Positions 40,724 to 55,434 are shown, counted from the first letter of the stretch. The stretch is DNA of 64,000 nucleotides from Octopus vulgaris (GCA_951406725.2 OX597837.1:33852001-33916000), one strand, 5' to 3'. The notes: generated by a model not told the origin, from the sequence alone. Made by a program: numbers and translations.

Positions 40724-43061
40724 CCAGAACTTTCAGTTCCAAAACCATTCTGGATCACAGGTTACTGAACCAAGGGTGGTCACCATTAGATTTAACAAAA
40801 ATCTACTTGAATGATTAAATGAAAAACAAGTCCCTGTAGGTTGGTATGAAACATGTTTATTAATGTTCTACTGGGCAGGTTACTTCAAACAAGACCACCT
40901 TTTAAACCAGTCTGGCAAACATGGGAGCTTGGCATTTTTGCTCATAAACTACTGTGGATTAGAAAATATTTCAGACCATCAGTGTTTGGGAAGTTGGTGC
41001 TTTACCTGTTTAAAGCCAATCAGAGGCACAGGTGTAGCAAGAAGTTTGCTTCCCAACCACATGGTTCTGGGTTCAGTCCCACTGTGTGCCTTTCCAGCAA
41101 GTATCTTCTACTATAGCCTAGGGCCAACCAAAACTTTGTGAGTGTGGATTTGGTAGATGGAAACTGAAAGAATCCAATTTTGTGTGTGTATGTGTGTGGT
41201 GTGAGGTGTGTGTGAAGGTGCATGGCTCAGTGGTTAAAGTGTTGGGCTCACAATCATGAGGTAGTGAGTTCAATTCCTGGACCAGGCTGTGTGTTGTGTT
41301 CTTGAGCAAGGCACTTTATTTCACATTGCTCCAGTTCACCCAGCTGTAGAAATGAGTTGCAATGTCACTGGTGCCAAGCTCTATTGGCTCCTTTGCCTTT
41401 CTGTGGTCACTTCATTCGACTAAAATTTCCCAAGGTGGTTCTCCAACATGGTCACAGCCTAAAAACTGAAACAAGATACAGGACACCACATGGTCTTCTC
41501 TCTGATGCTCTACAGACCCAGCCAGCTCACCACAGATACATATATAGCCTTAATGTAATTACCAGACAGAATCAACAAGACAAACAGAATGTGACAAGGC
41601 TGGAATTTTAGAAATTACCAATAATGTCCCTCTGGTTTTCTCACAGATTTTGTTTGCCCAATTTTATACACAAACTTTGGGTCAACCCAAGGCAGGATTC
41701 CAATTTAACCCTTTAGCATTCAGATTACTGACAAAAATAATGCTTATTTATCCACATTGTTTGGAATTAATTATGCATTATCTCATAGCTTTTGAGATTT
41801 TGATGGTGTGATTGTATATTTTTAGGACATTGTAGGGTAGGAGGGAAAGGCCAGATCTAGTCAGTTTGAACATAAAACAGTGCAGACATGGCTGTGTGGC
41901 AAGAAGCTTGCTTCCAATGAACATCATTCTGGATTGGCAGGTATCTTCTTTAGCCAAAGTCTCATGCATGGATTTGGTAGACGGAAACTGAAAGAAGCCC
42001 ACCGTGTGTGTGTGTGTGTGTCCATCATCGCTTGACAACTAGTGTTGATGTGTTTACATACCTGTAACTTAGTGGTTCAGCAAAAGAGACCAGCAGAGTA
42101 AGTATTAGGCTTGGGAAAAAGTCCTGGGGTCAATTTGTTAGACTAAAAGCCCCGAAAGGTGACGCTCCAGCATGGTCGCAGTCAAATGACTGGAACAAGC
42201 GAAAGAGTAAAAGAATATAGACCAGATACAACCAGCTTAAATGCTAAAGGATTAATGCTTATTCTATTCCCCACAACCGCTTGATAACCGGTGTTCTTTT
42301 GTTTACATCCTAGTCATTTCGTGGTTTCAGCAAAAGATCAACAAAAATAAACACTAGATTTAGAAAAGTACTGGAGTCAATTTGTTTGACTAAACCCTTC
42401 GAGGCTGTGCTCCAGCATGACCACAATCTAATGAATGAAACAAGTTAAAAATAAAGATCGATGAAATTTGAATAAGTCTTTAGGAAGTCGCCATAATTGC
42501 TAGACAGAACAACTAAGTGTTCCTCAAATAACGCCATATTGTCTTAAAAGCAGAAAGGACATGTTGGATAATATAGTTCCGTATAATAAGTACGTGGTGA
42601 AACCTAAAAAAAAAACCTGATGGTCACAGCTGGAACGGCTTTAATCATAGGTCTGTTTGATTAGGTTTGGCCTCGAGAGAATCGTGAATATTGCTATCGT
42701 AATACAAGCCGACAGTTACTGGAAATATGAGCCATAAGCCATATAGACACACATACACGCTAGAAATATTGGCTATTATTGTATTATACACAGACACACA
42801 CATATATACATACACGCACGCCAACTAACATGACACAACCACAATTAACACACACATTCGTAACATCAAATAGCAGTGACATTTTCAAAAGGAGACCACA
42901 ACGAGTAACAAGCATCAATTAGGTTCAAAAGTAGGCTATGTTACACACACACACACAAAGAGGAATGGTTGGTTGAGAAATTAGAAAAAATAAAAAAAAC
43001 CGTGGCTATGTGATAAACAGACGATAAGTCAGACAAAATATTAAGCATTTCTTCGGGCTCT

Positions 43062-43486
43062 GGCAATCTTTCGTCTCTAGTAGACCTTTCCGTCGATTTC
43101 CGTAAAAATTTTTCTTTTACATATGGGCTTGCGGGAACTTTTGAAGTAATGAGAGCGAAAGAGACTAAGAGAAAGCGATTGTATGACGAGGGAAGTTCTT
43201 TTGAAGTTACCGTGCATGGGAGCATTGATGTATATGTGTGTGTGTGTGTGTGTGTGTTTGATGGGGTGTGGGAGACAGACAGTATGTTGTGTAAGTGAAG
43301 TGCTTCTGTTAGTGTGTGTGAAGAGACAGAGTAATGTGTGGAAGAAAGAGATAACTGAAATTTTTTACTCGGTGTATGTGTATATGTATGTATATTACTT
43401 CAAAAGTTCCCGCAAGCCCATATGTAAAAAAAAAAAAAAATTTTACGGAAATCGACGGAAAGGTCTACTAGAGACGAAAGATCGCC
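43062..43486 (+). mobile_element. Merlin-like MITE, copy 1
   Basis: ~85-bp TIRs GGC(A/G)ATCTTTCGTCTCTAGTAGACC...; 18-bp flanking duplication. Confidence 0.88.
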
Positions 43487-43942
43487 AGCATTTCTCCGGG
43501 CTCTTTACGTTAAGAGATCAAATCCTACCAAGACCGACTTTTGGAATCTATAAAATCGAGTATCAGTCAAGAACTGGGTTCAACGCAATCGACTGGATCC
43601 CACCCTTCAAAATTTCAGTCTTTGGGCCTACAGTGGAAAGGATTATCTGTTCCAATGCAAACATTACCAGGCAGAGAGACAGACAGAAACAGACATGACA
43701 TTATTAAATAGTCTTTAATTTAATAAGGCCGCCAAACATTGAGGAGCAATTTATTTTCAAGGGTCCACTAACCATAAATATAATCTTCCATTTAATTCCT
43801 GGAAATTATCAAAACATTTAACAATAGAAATATTTAGCTGTTCTTTTATTTCCTCTTTATTTATTTCTAGCTTTTTTTTTTTTAGATAATTTAAAAAGTG
43901 GAACTAAATTACTCCGGATGTGACATTATTGAAACCCCATAA

Positions 43943-44518
43943 TCTATATATATAAAACTGTAGTTGTGTGAGTGTCTGTCCCCTTCGATTTAGATTCCTA
44001 ACGACTCCCACATTTTGCGGTGCAGTTTAACCAAATTCGGGTATCTTATAGTCGTGATTCATATCGAGCCCGTCTGGGTATTAGCGCGCGTCTACGATGC
44101 GTCTACGATGCGTCTACGATTTTAAAAATAATTTAACATCATTTTTTATTCCATTTTAATACATATTTTTTCGTGTGTCGATGGCGGCGGAGTTGGCGTC
44201 CACGCTCACGCCTGCACCTGTGTTGCTTTTCCCCTTCTTCCCTCCCTCGTAAAGCTGTGGGGAAGGGAGTGTAATGAAATCAACGTCGTAAAGCGTTGTC
44301 AAGGAGACCAGCGTTCTTTTAGAACAACGACTTCATGGCTTGAAGACACCAAAACAGAAAATGTCTACGATGAATCAACGATTTAAAAAAAAAATTACCA
44401 TAATTTTTTTTCCATTATTAATACATTTTTTTTTGCTATTTTTTGGCTATAACTCTCTAAAAATGCTTATATAGTAATTTCCCTTACAAACCCGAGCAAC
44501 GCCGGGCGATACTGCTAG
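43943..44518 (+). mobile_element. Non-autonomous Helitron with an extra GC-rich internal segment
   Basis: A|TC...CCCGAGCAACGCCGGG...CTAG|T. Confidence 0.88.
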
Positions 44519-44968
44519 TTTCGTTATATTTCTATAACATCTTACCGATGTATGCTATATGCATTAATGCAAGTAGTGTTAAATGACCCCACCCAACAAA
44601 CAAAAATCAGAAGATGTTTGTATAATTTAACTGATTCTACATTAACAACGCCATGACATCGCATCAATCATTTGTCCGTAGGTCTTTAGTTGTGCAGCAT
44701 TATTGCAGCAGTCACACAGAGTCATGTTAGCTATCGTGCATCGAGATGCAATCTACAGAATTGCATTTCAGAGGTGTTCAGTGGAACGATACACTTTAAC
44801 TGCTATTTCCGAAAAGTTTAAGACACCATTCGCAGATACAATACAACAACGTCACGAAGAGGATATGATGAGGAAGGTTCTGTTTTGAATTTGTTACACC
44901 ACTGTATATAAGAAATATACAGCTTTTACAGATTAAACTGTATCTTTACTCCCATTTACATACATACA

Positions 44969-45005
<37 letters not shown>

Positions 45006-46083
45006 CACACATTATATATATATACATATATAAAATGGGACAACAAAACATCCAGATAGACGATACAAAGAAAACAAGGACGGGTCATTCGAAGTTTTCT
45101 TTCCTCAGTCAAGTACCAGATTATCTTCGTAATTTCGGCTGATTATACTTACAAGATTATATATATATATATATATCTTTTACTTGTTTCAGTCATTATG
45201 CTGGGGCACCACCTTGAATTTTCAGTCAATGAATCAACCTCGGTAGTTATTTTTTTAAATCTAGTACTTTTTGTATAGTTCTATTTTGCCGAACCGCTAA
45301 GTTATGGGGACGCAGACACACCAACACTGGCTGTCAGGCGTTAGTGGTGGTGGTGGTGGTGGGACAAACACAGTCACAAAGGCACATACACAAGTATACA
45401 TACATATTGACGGGCTTCTTTCAGTTTCCGTCTACCAAATCCACACACAAGGCTTTAGTCGGCCCGAGGCTATAGTAGAAGACACTTGCCCAAGATGCCA
45501 CTCAATGGGACTGAACCCGGAACCATGTGGATGATAAGCAAGCTTCGTACTACATAGCCATATATACAGATAGAAAGGAACCCTTTGTTACCGTTTTGCT
45601 GGGTGCTGAAGAGAGATCCACCTAGAAAAGTTATGGTTTCAGTTTTGGCAAGTGAGTAGAATATGCTTCGCTGAGAAAGTTTAATAAGGCTGAAACATGA
45701 CCGTCACTTTAATCAGATTTACTCCAGCCTGCACTGTCAGATCTGTATTGTCCCAAAAGTCTGATCAACTTCTCTTACTAGACTTATTTCCCTAGAGGGA
45801 GGTTTTTCTTTTTTATTGTTTATTACTAATTGCTTCAATTTGATGATTTCAGTAGATCGAAGTTTTTCACACGATATTACATATGTAATATTTCTCTTTC
45901 TCTCTCCACTCATATACACACACAAGCTGTATATATTGTATATACCGTGGTATCCACAAATATAAAACTATGGTTGTTTGAAATTCGCATAATTTGTGGT
46001 TTAAAAAGCGAAAGGACTTGTTAGTCTTAAACAATTGCCTTTCCAACAAATCTCATGCGATAAACAGAACATATTTCCCTGGT

Positions 46084-46214
46084 ACATTATTTACATTTGA
46101 CAGATATTTGTCCTCATCTAGTTTCTTGTTAACAAAACGATTCGGCTGATATATCCGTCAAATGTAAATAATGTAAATAATGCACATAATTCCTCATCTC
46201 TTAAATATAGAACT
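46084..46214. mobile_element. Tiny fold-back Penelope-like remnant with 13-bp TSD
   Basis: TSD ATATTTCCCTGGT at 46071-46083 / 46215-46227; inverted arms CATTATTTACATTTGAC / GTCAAATGTAAATAATG. Confidence 0.65.
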
Positions 46215-46822
46215 ATATTTCCCTGGTGTTCGTACATCTTATTATTATACAGATTCCCAGTTTCTTTCAACCCCCCAGAATAATTTGGGACTTGTAAAGG
46301 GAAAGCTTTGTATTACTCAGAACGTACGAAACCAGGGTTAACTAAAAACCTGAAAACAAGCAAAGGACATTCAGGACAAACTTATGAAAACGCTTTGGAC
46401 AGGCAAAGGGTTAATGTCACAAATTGCCTCATTGTAAAGACACATTTCATGTAACATAATTCACGAAAGTCATACTAAAACTGTCTCTAACAGAACTGCT
46501 TAACTTTTTGCATGTCCAGTGTAATCGTCTGACAAACAGGGCATATTTCCCTGATGTCCACACATACGATACGCATTTCCAGTGTTTTTAATCATCAGAG
46601 TAACTTGATAGTCATGAAAGCTAAGCTTTATGTTTACTCAGAACATACGAAACAAGAAACTAAAATTAATAATTACTGTTATCCGAGCTTTTTTTATTTT
46701 TTTTTCATTACATGACGGCAATCTATTGAAGACGTGGATTCTATCGAATATCGGCACGAGAAATGCGAATTTGCTCTCAGAATTCTGTGATCACATTGAA
46801 CAAACTGTTGGGATTCGACGGT

Positions 46823-47245
46823 GGCAATATTTCGTCTCTAGTAGACCTTTCCGTCGATTTCCGTAAAAATTGTTTTTTTTACATATGGGCTTGCGGGAAC
46901 TTTTGAAGTAATGAGAGCGAAAAAGACTAAGAGAAAGCGATTGTATGACGAGGGAAGTTCTTTTGAAGTTACCGTGCATGTGAAGCATTGATGTACATGT
47001 GTGTGCGTGTGTGTGTGTGTTTGATGGGGTGTGGGAGACAGACAGTATGTTGTGTAAGTGAAGTGCTTCTGTCAGTGTGTGTGAAGAGACAGTAATGTGT
47101 GAAAGAAAGAGATAACTGAAATTTTTTACTCGGTGTATGTGTATATGTATGTATATTACTTCAAAAGTTCCCGCAAGCCCATATGTAAAAAAAAAATTTT
47201 TTTACGGAAATCGACGGAAAGGTCTACTAGAGACGAAAGATCGCC
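46823..47245 (+). mobile_element. Merlin-like MITE, copy 2
   Basis: Same TIRs; 8-bp TSD TCGACGGT. Confidence 0.9.
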
Positions 47246-47719
47246 TCGACGGTTTCTAAGCTTTATCCGTTATTATTGACTAGGTTCAATTATTTTTTTT
47301 TTTTAATCGTGAGAAGAATGGAGATGGAGGAATTAGGCGGACAAGACGTTCGTCTTCTTTTTGAGTCACAAATGAAAATGCTTGATACATAGTGAAATGT
47401 AGCATGTTTAGGGTCGTTGCTATGCCTCAGGACCCATTTGAACGGTAAATGGTTATTGGAATAAAGAATATTTTCAAAAATATCTGCTCGTCCCCCTCCC
47501 CATTAATAAAGTTTATATGTAACTTGATCCAGTCATTGAACTGCGGCCTTGAGGGTTTTAGTCTAACAAATCGACACCAGTACTTATTTTTTGAAGTCTG
47601 GTACTTATTCTATCAATCCGCTTTGCTGAATCGCTAAGTCACGGGGATGTAAACAAATGAACTCCGAGTATCATGCGGTGGAATAAACGCGCGCGCATGA
47701 TGGACTTCCTTGCACTTTC

Positions 47720-48137
47720 GGATCTTAATCGGTTTGAACGGCAGTTTTTAAAAATAATTTCCACGTAACTAAACACTTTTAAACTTCGTATACTGGTAGA
47801 ATGTGTTTATAAAACATCTTTTTCTCTTGGCTTTATTGAGAAAATTCTATGGTTTGTAAGATATTTGTTGTTTTTTCTTCTTCAATTTCTGCAATTTCAA
47901 CCAATCAATGACGTCTATTGAGGTGAAAACATTCTGTGCTGTATGAATATGTCCCTCGTTTAAGAAACAGATTGGGTTTATTTACATTTCTGAAGAAAAA
48001 AAAAAGATACCTTCCTCCCACCCTTAACCAACCCTAAAACAGATTGAAATGCAATAGATCGATACTAGGGTCATAATTATGGGTGACAATTTCATATGAC
48101 ACCGCTAGAAAAACTGCCGTTCAAACCGAAAAGATCC
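47720..48137. mobile_element. MITE with ~30-bp TIRs, superfamily uncertain
   Basis: GGATCTTAATCGGTTTGAACGGCAGTTTTT / AAAAACTGCCGTTCAAACCGAAAAGATCC; no clean TSD. Confidence 0.75.
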
Positions 48138-48421
48138 TTTACTTTTTATAAAAAGTCACTCAATGCAACAAATATCGAACAATCTCTAAACATACTTTTG
48201 TGCGTTTCCACCTTTATTTTTTAACTGTGACTTGATTCTTATGGTTTCTTAACTCCTTTTTCAACTAAGAAATAAAAATATTTATATAGATGTATATAGA
48301 TAGATTGATAGATAGAGAGTTAATACAGAGTAGGTTCAAATGAATGTGAACTTAAAATGCGACTTCTTTATCCATAACCTGTCTATTTACTTTACTACCC
48401 CTCTCTCATATACATATATAT

Positions 48422-48463
<42 letters not shown>

Positions 48464-48690
48464 CAATTAAAAATGAGGGTGTCCGAGAGACACCATGTTA
48501 AAAATTATTAGCTTTGTACGGTATTTTTTCCATGCTGGCCACTTGATAATATTGATACTTAAATATCGATATTATCCTCATATATAAATTTATATATATA
48601 AAGTTAATCCAAACATGAAAGCACAAAAACACAACAACGGGAGGACGTGGAACAAATATAGTATTATTGGACGCTCAGGAAAGAAGGAGG

Positions 48691-48725
48691 GTTTAACGTT
48701 TCGAGCGGAGCTCTTCGTCGGAAAC
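48691..48725 (-). ncRNA. Minimal type I hammerhead motif, sense to the host pre-mRNA
   Basis: GTTT CCGACGA A GAGC-TCC-GCTC GAAA CG TT|AAAC; palindromic stem III; lies in a TA-flanked element at ~48590-48792. Confidence 0.7.
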
Positions 48726-49019
48726 ATAGGAGAAGGAAAGATCCAGAGAAGGGAAGACAGAGGAAAAAAATCGCCAACGGTAGACACGCGGTATATATAC
48801 ATATATTGAGGGGTCACCCTTTTTAAGTAGATGGAATGGCTTAGATTTTGGCTGCTATTTCTGAACTTCGGTATGTGGTGATGCATTTCTTTTGCTGACC
48901 CCTCAATATTAGTATTACTAGAATTTACCGTATAACGGTCTTGTTTTCATACCGAATTCTACTTGGTGAAATTTATTGATTACTTCGTAATTAATTAGTT
49001 TTACCCTTAATTGCTATTG

Positions 49020-49067
<48 letters not shown>

Positions 49068-49621
49068 CATAACTATGGTTCAACAAAAGAAACCAGTAGA
49101 ATAGGTACTATGCTTAAAAAAGTACCAGGGTCGATTGTTCGACTACACTCGTTTAAGGCGGTGCTCCAGCATGGCCGCAGTCAAATGCCGTGAGTAACAA
49201 AAAAACAGAATGAATGTGTGTGTGTGTGTGTATTGTGAATCATTGGTGAACAACAGTTGGCCAAGTCAGAGAGACACGACGTCAACATAGTTTTATTTAC
49301 ATTATGTCCTTTAATTAAGTTGTCGGATGTCGGTCACTTCTAAACTATAACCGGCAGTCGGCGGTGCAACAGGTGTATATACGAACTTATGTATATGACA
49401 CTGTGTAGACGACGAATAAATACACGGTGTGTATAGCTATTACATTACTAATTAAGATTAAAATGTCATTTGCAAAAGAAAAAAAAAAAAGCATTGTATA
49501 TGTGTGTGTGTTCTTTTACACGTTTCAGCGCAAAGATTGTGGCCATGTTGGAGCACTGCCAGTATAAGTAACAATGGGCTTGTCCTCACGAAGCACATCT
49601 GCAGATTCTAGTGTGTGTATA

Positions 49622-50020
49622 TAGATATATATAAAAGTGAAGTTGTGTGTCCGTCTCCTACGATTTACATTCCTAACTACTCCCACATTTTGCGGTGCAG
49701 TTTAACCAAAACCGGGTATCTTATAGTCGTGATTCATATCGACCCCTTCTGGGTATTAGCGCGCGTCTACGATGAGTCTACAATTAAAAAAAAAATTTAC
49801 AATAATTTTTTTCCATTTTAATGCATTTTTTCGCTATTATATAAGGGAAGTAACTCTCTAAAAATGTCTACGATGAGTCAACGATTTAAAAAAGAATTTA
49901 CCATCATTTGTTTTCCATTTTTAGTGCATTTTTTTGCTATTTTTTTGGCTATAACTCTCTAAAAATGCTTATATAGTTATTTCCCTTACAAACCCGAGCA
50001 ACGCCGGGCGATACTGCTAG
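49622..50020 (+). mobile_element. Non-autonomous Helitron, third copy
   Basis: Same body, hairpin and CTAG|T end; the 5' TC is altered. Confidence 0.85.
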
Positions 50021-50344
50021 TAGATATATAAACCTTTTTTGCTATAAGCAGCCCTGTCCACTGTATCTACTTTTCCCTCTTCCTTTTCTTCACCCAATTC
50101 TTTTCCTACTTCACTTCCGTCGTCTTCTGATAGTTTTCCTTTCCCGTATCATTATGCGTATCCATCCTCTTGATCCCCGCCACATAATATCTACCTCACA
50201 TACTCATCCCGCATCCACACAATTTTTTCTTCCTCCCGATATTTTCTTAATAACAAGGTCTGAAAGACGGACGCACAATATGACAGCCAACCTTTGGATG
50301 CAAGTCTGATGAAGTGCCTCTCCCAATGTCTAAAACCGCAAATA

Positions 50345-50743
50345 TTCTTTACTTTAGGCACAAGGCCCTTACTTTCTGGGGAGGGAGCCAGTCGACTAGA
50401 TCGACTCCAGTACGCAACTGGTACTTAATTTATCGATCCCGAAAGGATGAAAGGCAAAGTCGACCTCAGCAGAATTTGAACTCGGAGCGTAAAGACAGGC
50501 GAAATACCTATTTCTTTAATACCCAGAAGGGGCTAAACACAGAGAGGCGACAAACAAGGATAGACAAACGGATTAAGTCGATTACATCGACCCCAGTGCG
50601 TAGCTGGTACTTTATTTATCGACCTCGAAAGGATGAAAGGCAAAGTCGACCTCGGTAGAATTTGAACTCACAACGTAACAGCAGACGAAATACGGCTACG
50701 AATTTCGCCCGGTGTGCTAACGTTTCTGTCAGCTCGCCGCCTT
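50345..50743 (-). mobile_element. Dimeric family A SINE
   Basis: Two cores joined by the LINE-like tail, as at 4950-5345. Confidence 0.82.
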
Positions 50744-51067
50744 TAAAACCGCAAATATAACCTGATTTTTCATTTAGAACTTTCGCGTTGCAAATGAAGA
50801 TGGTTTGGAAACATTTGTAACTTAGAATTAAAGATGTGTTAAAGAATTTTCGTTGTCTTCTGCTTTTCATTACACGGATATATATATTCTTTTACTTGTT
50901 TCAGTCATTTCACTGCAGCCATGCTGGAGCACCGCCTTTAGTCGAACAAATCGACCCCAGGAAAACTTTCCGGGTATGGGGAGGGGAGAGGAGTTTCTGA
51001 AAAGCCTTGTGACTGGATTTGGTCGATGGAAACTGAAAGAAGCCCGTCGTATATGTGTATGTATATA

Positions 51068-51107
<40 letters not shown>

Positions 51108-53617
51108 GTGTGTGTATGCATATGTTTATGTCTGTTTGTCCCTCCCCCCACCGACATTGCTTGACAACCGATGCTCGTGTGTTTACGTCCCCGTAACTTA
51201 GCGGTTCGGCAAAAAAGACCGATAGAATAAGTACTAGGCTTACAAAGAATAAGTTCTGGGGTCGATTTACTCGACTAAAGACGGTGCTCCAGCATGACCG
51301 CAGTCAAATGACTGAAACAACTAAAAGAGAGACACATACACATGTGTGCCCCCCGCCCCTAACTCTGTTTCCTTATAACTTTCAGAAAAAAATGGATAGT
51401 TTTCAATGAAAATGTCTACAAATCCCATTCAGCTGATGTTGATAACGATTATGTCGGAATTTAAATTGTTAGGCGCGCACACATAAGTATATCTACAAAA
51501 TAAAGCTTGAAATAAAATAAAAAAAACAATGGTGAAACGTACGTAGGAAATACTAACATAAATGGCATACCTACACAAGTGTGCCCCACCGATTTTATTT
51601 CCTCATGACTTCCAGAAAAAGATTTTTTAATGGAGCTTTTTTTTACAAATACCCTTCAGATTTTGATTGATTATATCGGAATTTGTTGTGGAAAAATGTA
51701 TGTTTGTGTGTTTGTTTGTCCCCCCACCATCGCTTGACAACCGATGCTAGTTTGTTTACGCCCCCAAAACTTAGTGGTTCGGCAAAGAGACCGATAGAAT
51801 GAGTACTAGGCTTACAAAGAGTAAGTTCTGGGGTCGATTTGGGGAGAGGAGATTCTGAAAATTCATTCGAGTTAGCGTTGTTTCCTCACAACATTAAGTA
51901 GGTAAATAACAATTATACTGGAATTTGATGTGAAAAGAAAAATGGTAAGCACGCACTCATACATACAGACACACAACACGATTTTGTTTTCGAAATTTCA
52001 AGTTTCACATTTTGTAGCTATATATGATGTGTCAGTGTATGTGTGTGCGCGAAACCACCATTTTTTAATTTTTTTTATCAGGTGGTGTTATTAAGTTAGA
52101 CATAGTCTGGGCCTATACTGGCCGAAACCTATCAAAGTTATATGTAATTCCGATACAACCGTAATCTACAAACTCTGAATGTTATTTCCAGAAAATTTCA
52201 TCAAAAAATATCTATTTTTCTGAAAGTTATAAGGAAACAAAGATGACCGAGTGAATTTTCCGAAACTTCTCCTAATCCACAGAAGTTTCTCTTTTTTTTT
52301 TCACAACAAATTCCCATATAAACTGAATCTACACCATCCGAAGTCTGTTTGTAGAAAAATTCATTAAAAAATGTCCATTTTTCTGGAAGTTGCAAGGAAG
52401 CAAAGTCGGTTGGGGCAAACTTGTGTAGGTATGCCATAGTGTTTATCGACCATACACAGTGACCTCTCGCTACAAAACGAAATGGGGCCCGCATTAAAAC
52501 AGCATGCTATATAATCCGTGAGACTTTTTCCAAAAATTCTAAACCATGGGGTTTCATTATCTATAAAATGTACAATAAAACACTAATTAAGTCAGTTTAA
52601 TTAATCTTAGTAATTACAGGCTCTTGTGTCTTATAAAGTGTTATTTAAGTGTGAAACCCCCACTTGGATATCTACAAAAATTCTAAGGCGTGTTGTTTTA
52701 TGTCTATGAAATATACTATACAACGGTAATTAACTCAGTTTAATTAATTTGGGCGGTCGTTGATGTAAAATGATAATGATTTATTTGTAAACTGGAGAAT
52801 GTGATATATCATTTCCGATAACTTAAAACCCATCCAAATATTTATTTATGTACACTAGAAACTTTAATAGTAACAATATTTGTACTATAGGCGCAAGAGC
52901 TGGGTGTTAAGTGGGGGAGCTAGTCGACCACATCAGCTACAAGTGCTCGACTGGTACTTAATTTATCGACCCCGAAAGGCAAAGTCGACCTCAGTGGTAT
53001 TTAAAAATCAAAACGTAAAGCCGGAAGAAATACCATTGAGTATTTTGTCCGACGCGCTCCAAGGCCGAAAGTTTTGAGGTAGAGTTTGGTCGATGACATC
53101 AAGCCCAGCACTTCACGGGTACTTTATTTTATCGACTCCTAAAGGATGGAAGGCAAAGTTAACTTGGGAAGAATTCGAACCCAAAACAAAGCATATTTTT
53201 CTCAATGCTTTAACTACTCTGCTAACTCGTTTATCGTTAATAGTTGTGGTTTTCAATTTTGGCACAAGGCCAGCAATTTTGAGTGAGGGGGGGGGGGCAA
53301 TCGAGTACACTGACCCCCAGTACTTGACTCGGAGTTGATGTTATCGACCCTTTTAGGGTCGATAAAATAAAGGACAAATTTGACCTCGACGGATTTGAAC
53401 TCAGAACGTAAAGAGCCGAAAGAATTGCCGCTAAGCATTTTTGTTCGACTCGCTAACGATTCTACCAGCTAGAATTTCTTTTGAAACTTTTTCTTGAGGA
53501 AAAACGAATGCCAACGAAGTCTAGAACTATGCCTAAACATATTGTCATTTTGTTAAAGTTGACGTCCTGAAAAAAAAAATCTATGACGAAATTTCCATGT
53601 CATTCCGACTCTTTTAT

Positions 53618-53965
53618 ATAATAATAATAATAATGAAATTATTGTATACAGTGCTCAGGTGCACCACAACTTGTCAGAAAGTGCATATAAAGTACATGCA
53701 GTAATGTAGAAATGTCTGGAAAGTGAACATGCTTGTGTGTGTATGGAGGGGAGAAAATCAAGTGTAGTGTTGGCGAATCTCAGGAAGCATGGAAGTTTTG
53801 AAGGATGCAGTGCTCCGACAACTAACAACCGATGCCGGCAGTTTGTTCCACGCTTCAGCAACTCTCAGCGTGAAAAAATGTTTCCTGAAGTCATGGGAGC
53901 TGTGCTGTTTTCTTACTTTGTAAATATGTCCACGGGTGTTAGATGGGTGGAGTTTATCACAGAAA
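53618..53965 (-). mobile_element. CR1/L2-group LINE 3' fragment, related subfamily
   Basis: Similar to 7425-7882; (ATT)n tail. Confidence 0.8.
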
Positions 53966-54641
53966 ATGCATGAAAACTAGTAAAGAAGGCAGGAATTTTT
54001 AACATTCGGACCCGTTCAAAAGAAAATAATTTTTACTATAAACGCAAAACCAGATATTTCCTTTTGGAGAATGTATAATTGATTAAACCGATACCAAAAC
54101 TTGATTGGAACTTATTATCGATTCCGGAAGTGGACTACTTCTACAATCACATAGGCTTTACATTTCCTATTTTAAACTCTACCGAAGTCGATTTGCGTTA
54201 CATCCTTCCAGGATCAATAAAATAAATACCAGTCAAACAATAGGATCGATATAAACGATCGTTTTCTACCCCCAGAGGCGTAGTAAGTGTGGGAGAAGGG
54301 CGCAGTCACCCCTGCCAGTTTCAAGTGCGAAAGGGGTACAAAATTTCCTCTGGCCTATCGCTTCACACTTTAATTAACATAAAGTAGTGGTCGGTCACCT
54401 CAGCCAGATTTTCCAAATTGTTCATAGGCACAACTCTTGTGAATTAAGAGACGTTTTGCGCAATATTTCTCACAGTTAACATACAATTGGAGAGCAAGTA
54501 CTAAATCGAAAACTAAACAAACTTCTCGGCGTATAACAACAATGTCCACTAACTTATTAGTAATTTTGGCATGTGGGGACGTCCGGCCATGAAACAATCT
54601 TTAATTTAGGACCGTAAAAACGCAATAAAAACACTAATTTG

Positions 54642-55050
54642 GGCGATCTTTCGTCTCTAGTAGACCTTTCCGTCGATTTCCGTAAAAAAATTTTTTTTTT
54701 TACATATGGGCTTGCGGGAACTTTTGAAATAATATACATACATATACATCGAGTAAAAAATTTCAGTTATCTCTTTCTTTCACACATTACTCTGTCTCTT
54801 CACACACACTAACAGAAGCACTTCACTTACACAACATACTGTCTGTCTCCCACACCCCATCAAACACACACACGTACATCAATGCTTCACATGCACGGTA
54901 ACTTCAAAAGAACTTCCCTCGTCATACAATCGCTTTCTCTTAGTCTCTTTCGCTCTCATTACTTCAAAAGTTCCCGCAAGCCCATATGTAAAAAAAAAAA
55001 AAATTTTTACGGAAATCGACGGAAAGGTCTACTAGAGACGAAAGTTTGCC
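54642..55050 (-). mobile_element. Merlin-like MITE, copy 3 (inverted)
   Basis: Same TIRs; 49-bp flanking direct duplication. Confidence 0.9.
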
Positions 55051-55434
55051 AACAATTTTTAATTTAGGACCGTAAAAACGCAATAAAAAGACTAATTTGA
55101 ACGTAGGGTTGTAAAAGCGAGGATAACCATATAAAGTGGGGACGTTAAAAGTCTCTTTTTTGCCCTGTGGTGCTGTGTTCTCTTGTTGCAACCACAATCC
55201 CAGTCACACGTAAAATGTGTGTCCTTGTGTCTAATCAATATCAAAAGGAACAGTTTAAATGTGCTCAGAGGTTTGACTCACTCTCTATGTTTCGCCGATA
55301 AAAGAAGGCGGGTGGGGTCAAATAATGATATGACTAAACAAGCGACAACTATAGTAAATGCTAACACAATTTGTGAGAATTCTGCGAGTCACCAGGAGGT
55401 TATTAATACAAATTATTTAACTGGCAATGCAATA

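Noticed and set aside
43183-43698. 171-aa ORF and similar ORFs at 46791, 54882 and 57802
   Set aside because: Chance frames within the non-coding MITE and adjoining SINE.
50888-51330. ~70-bp inverted repeat
   Set aside because: Explained by two oppositely oriented family B SINE 3' ends; no ribozyme motif.
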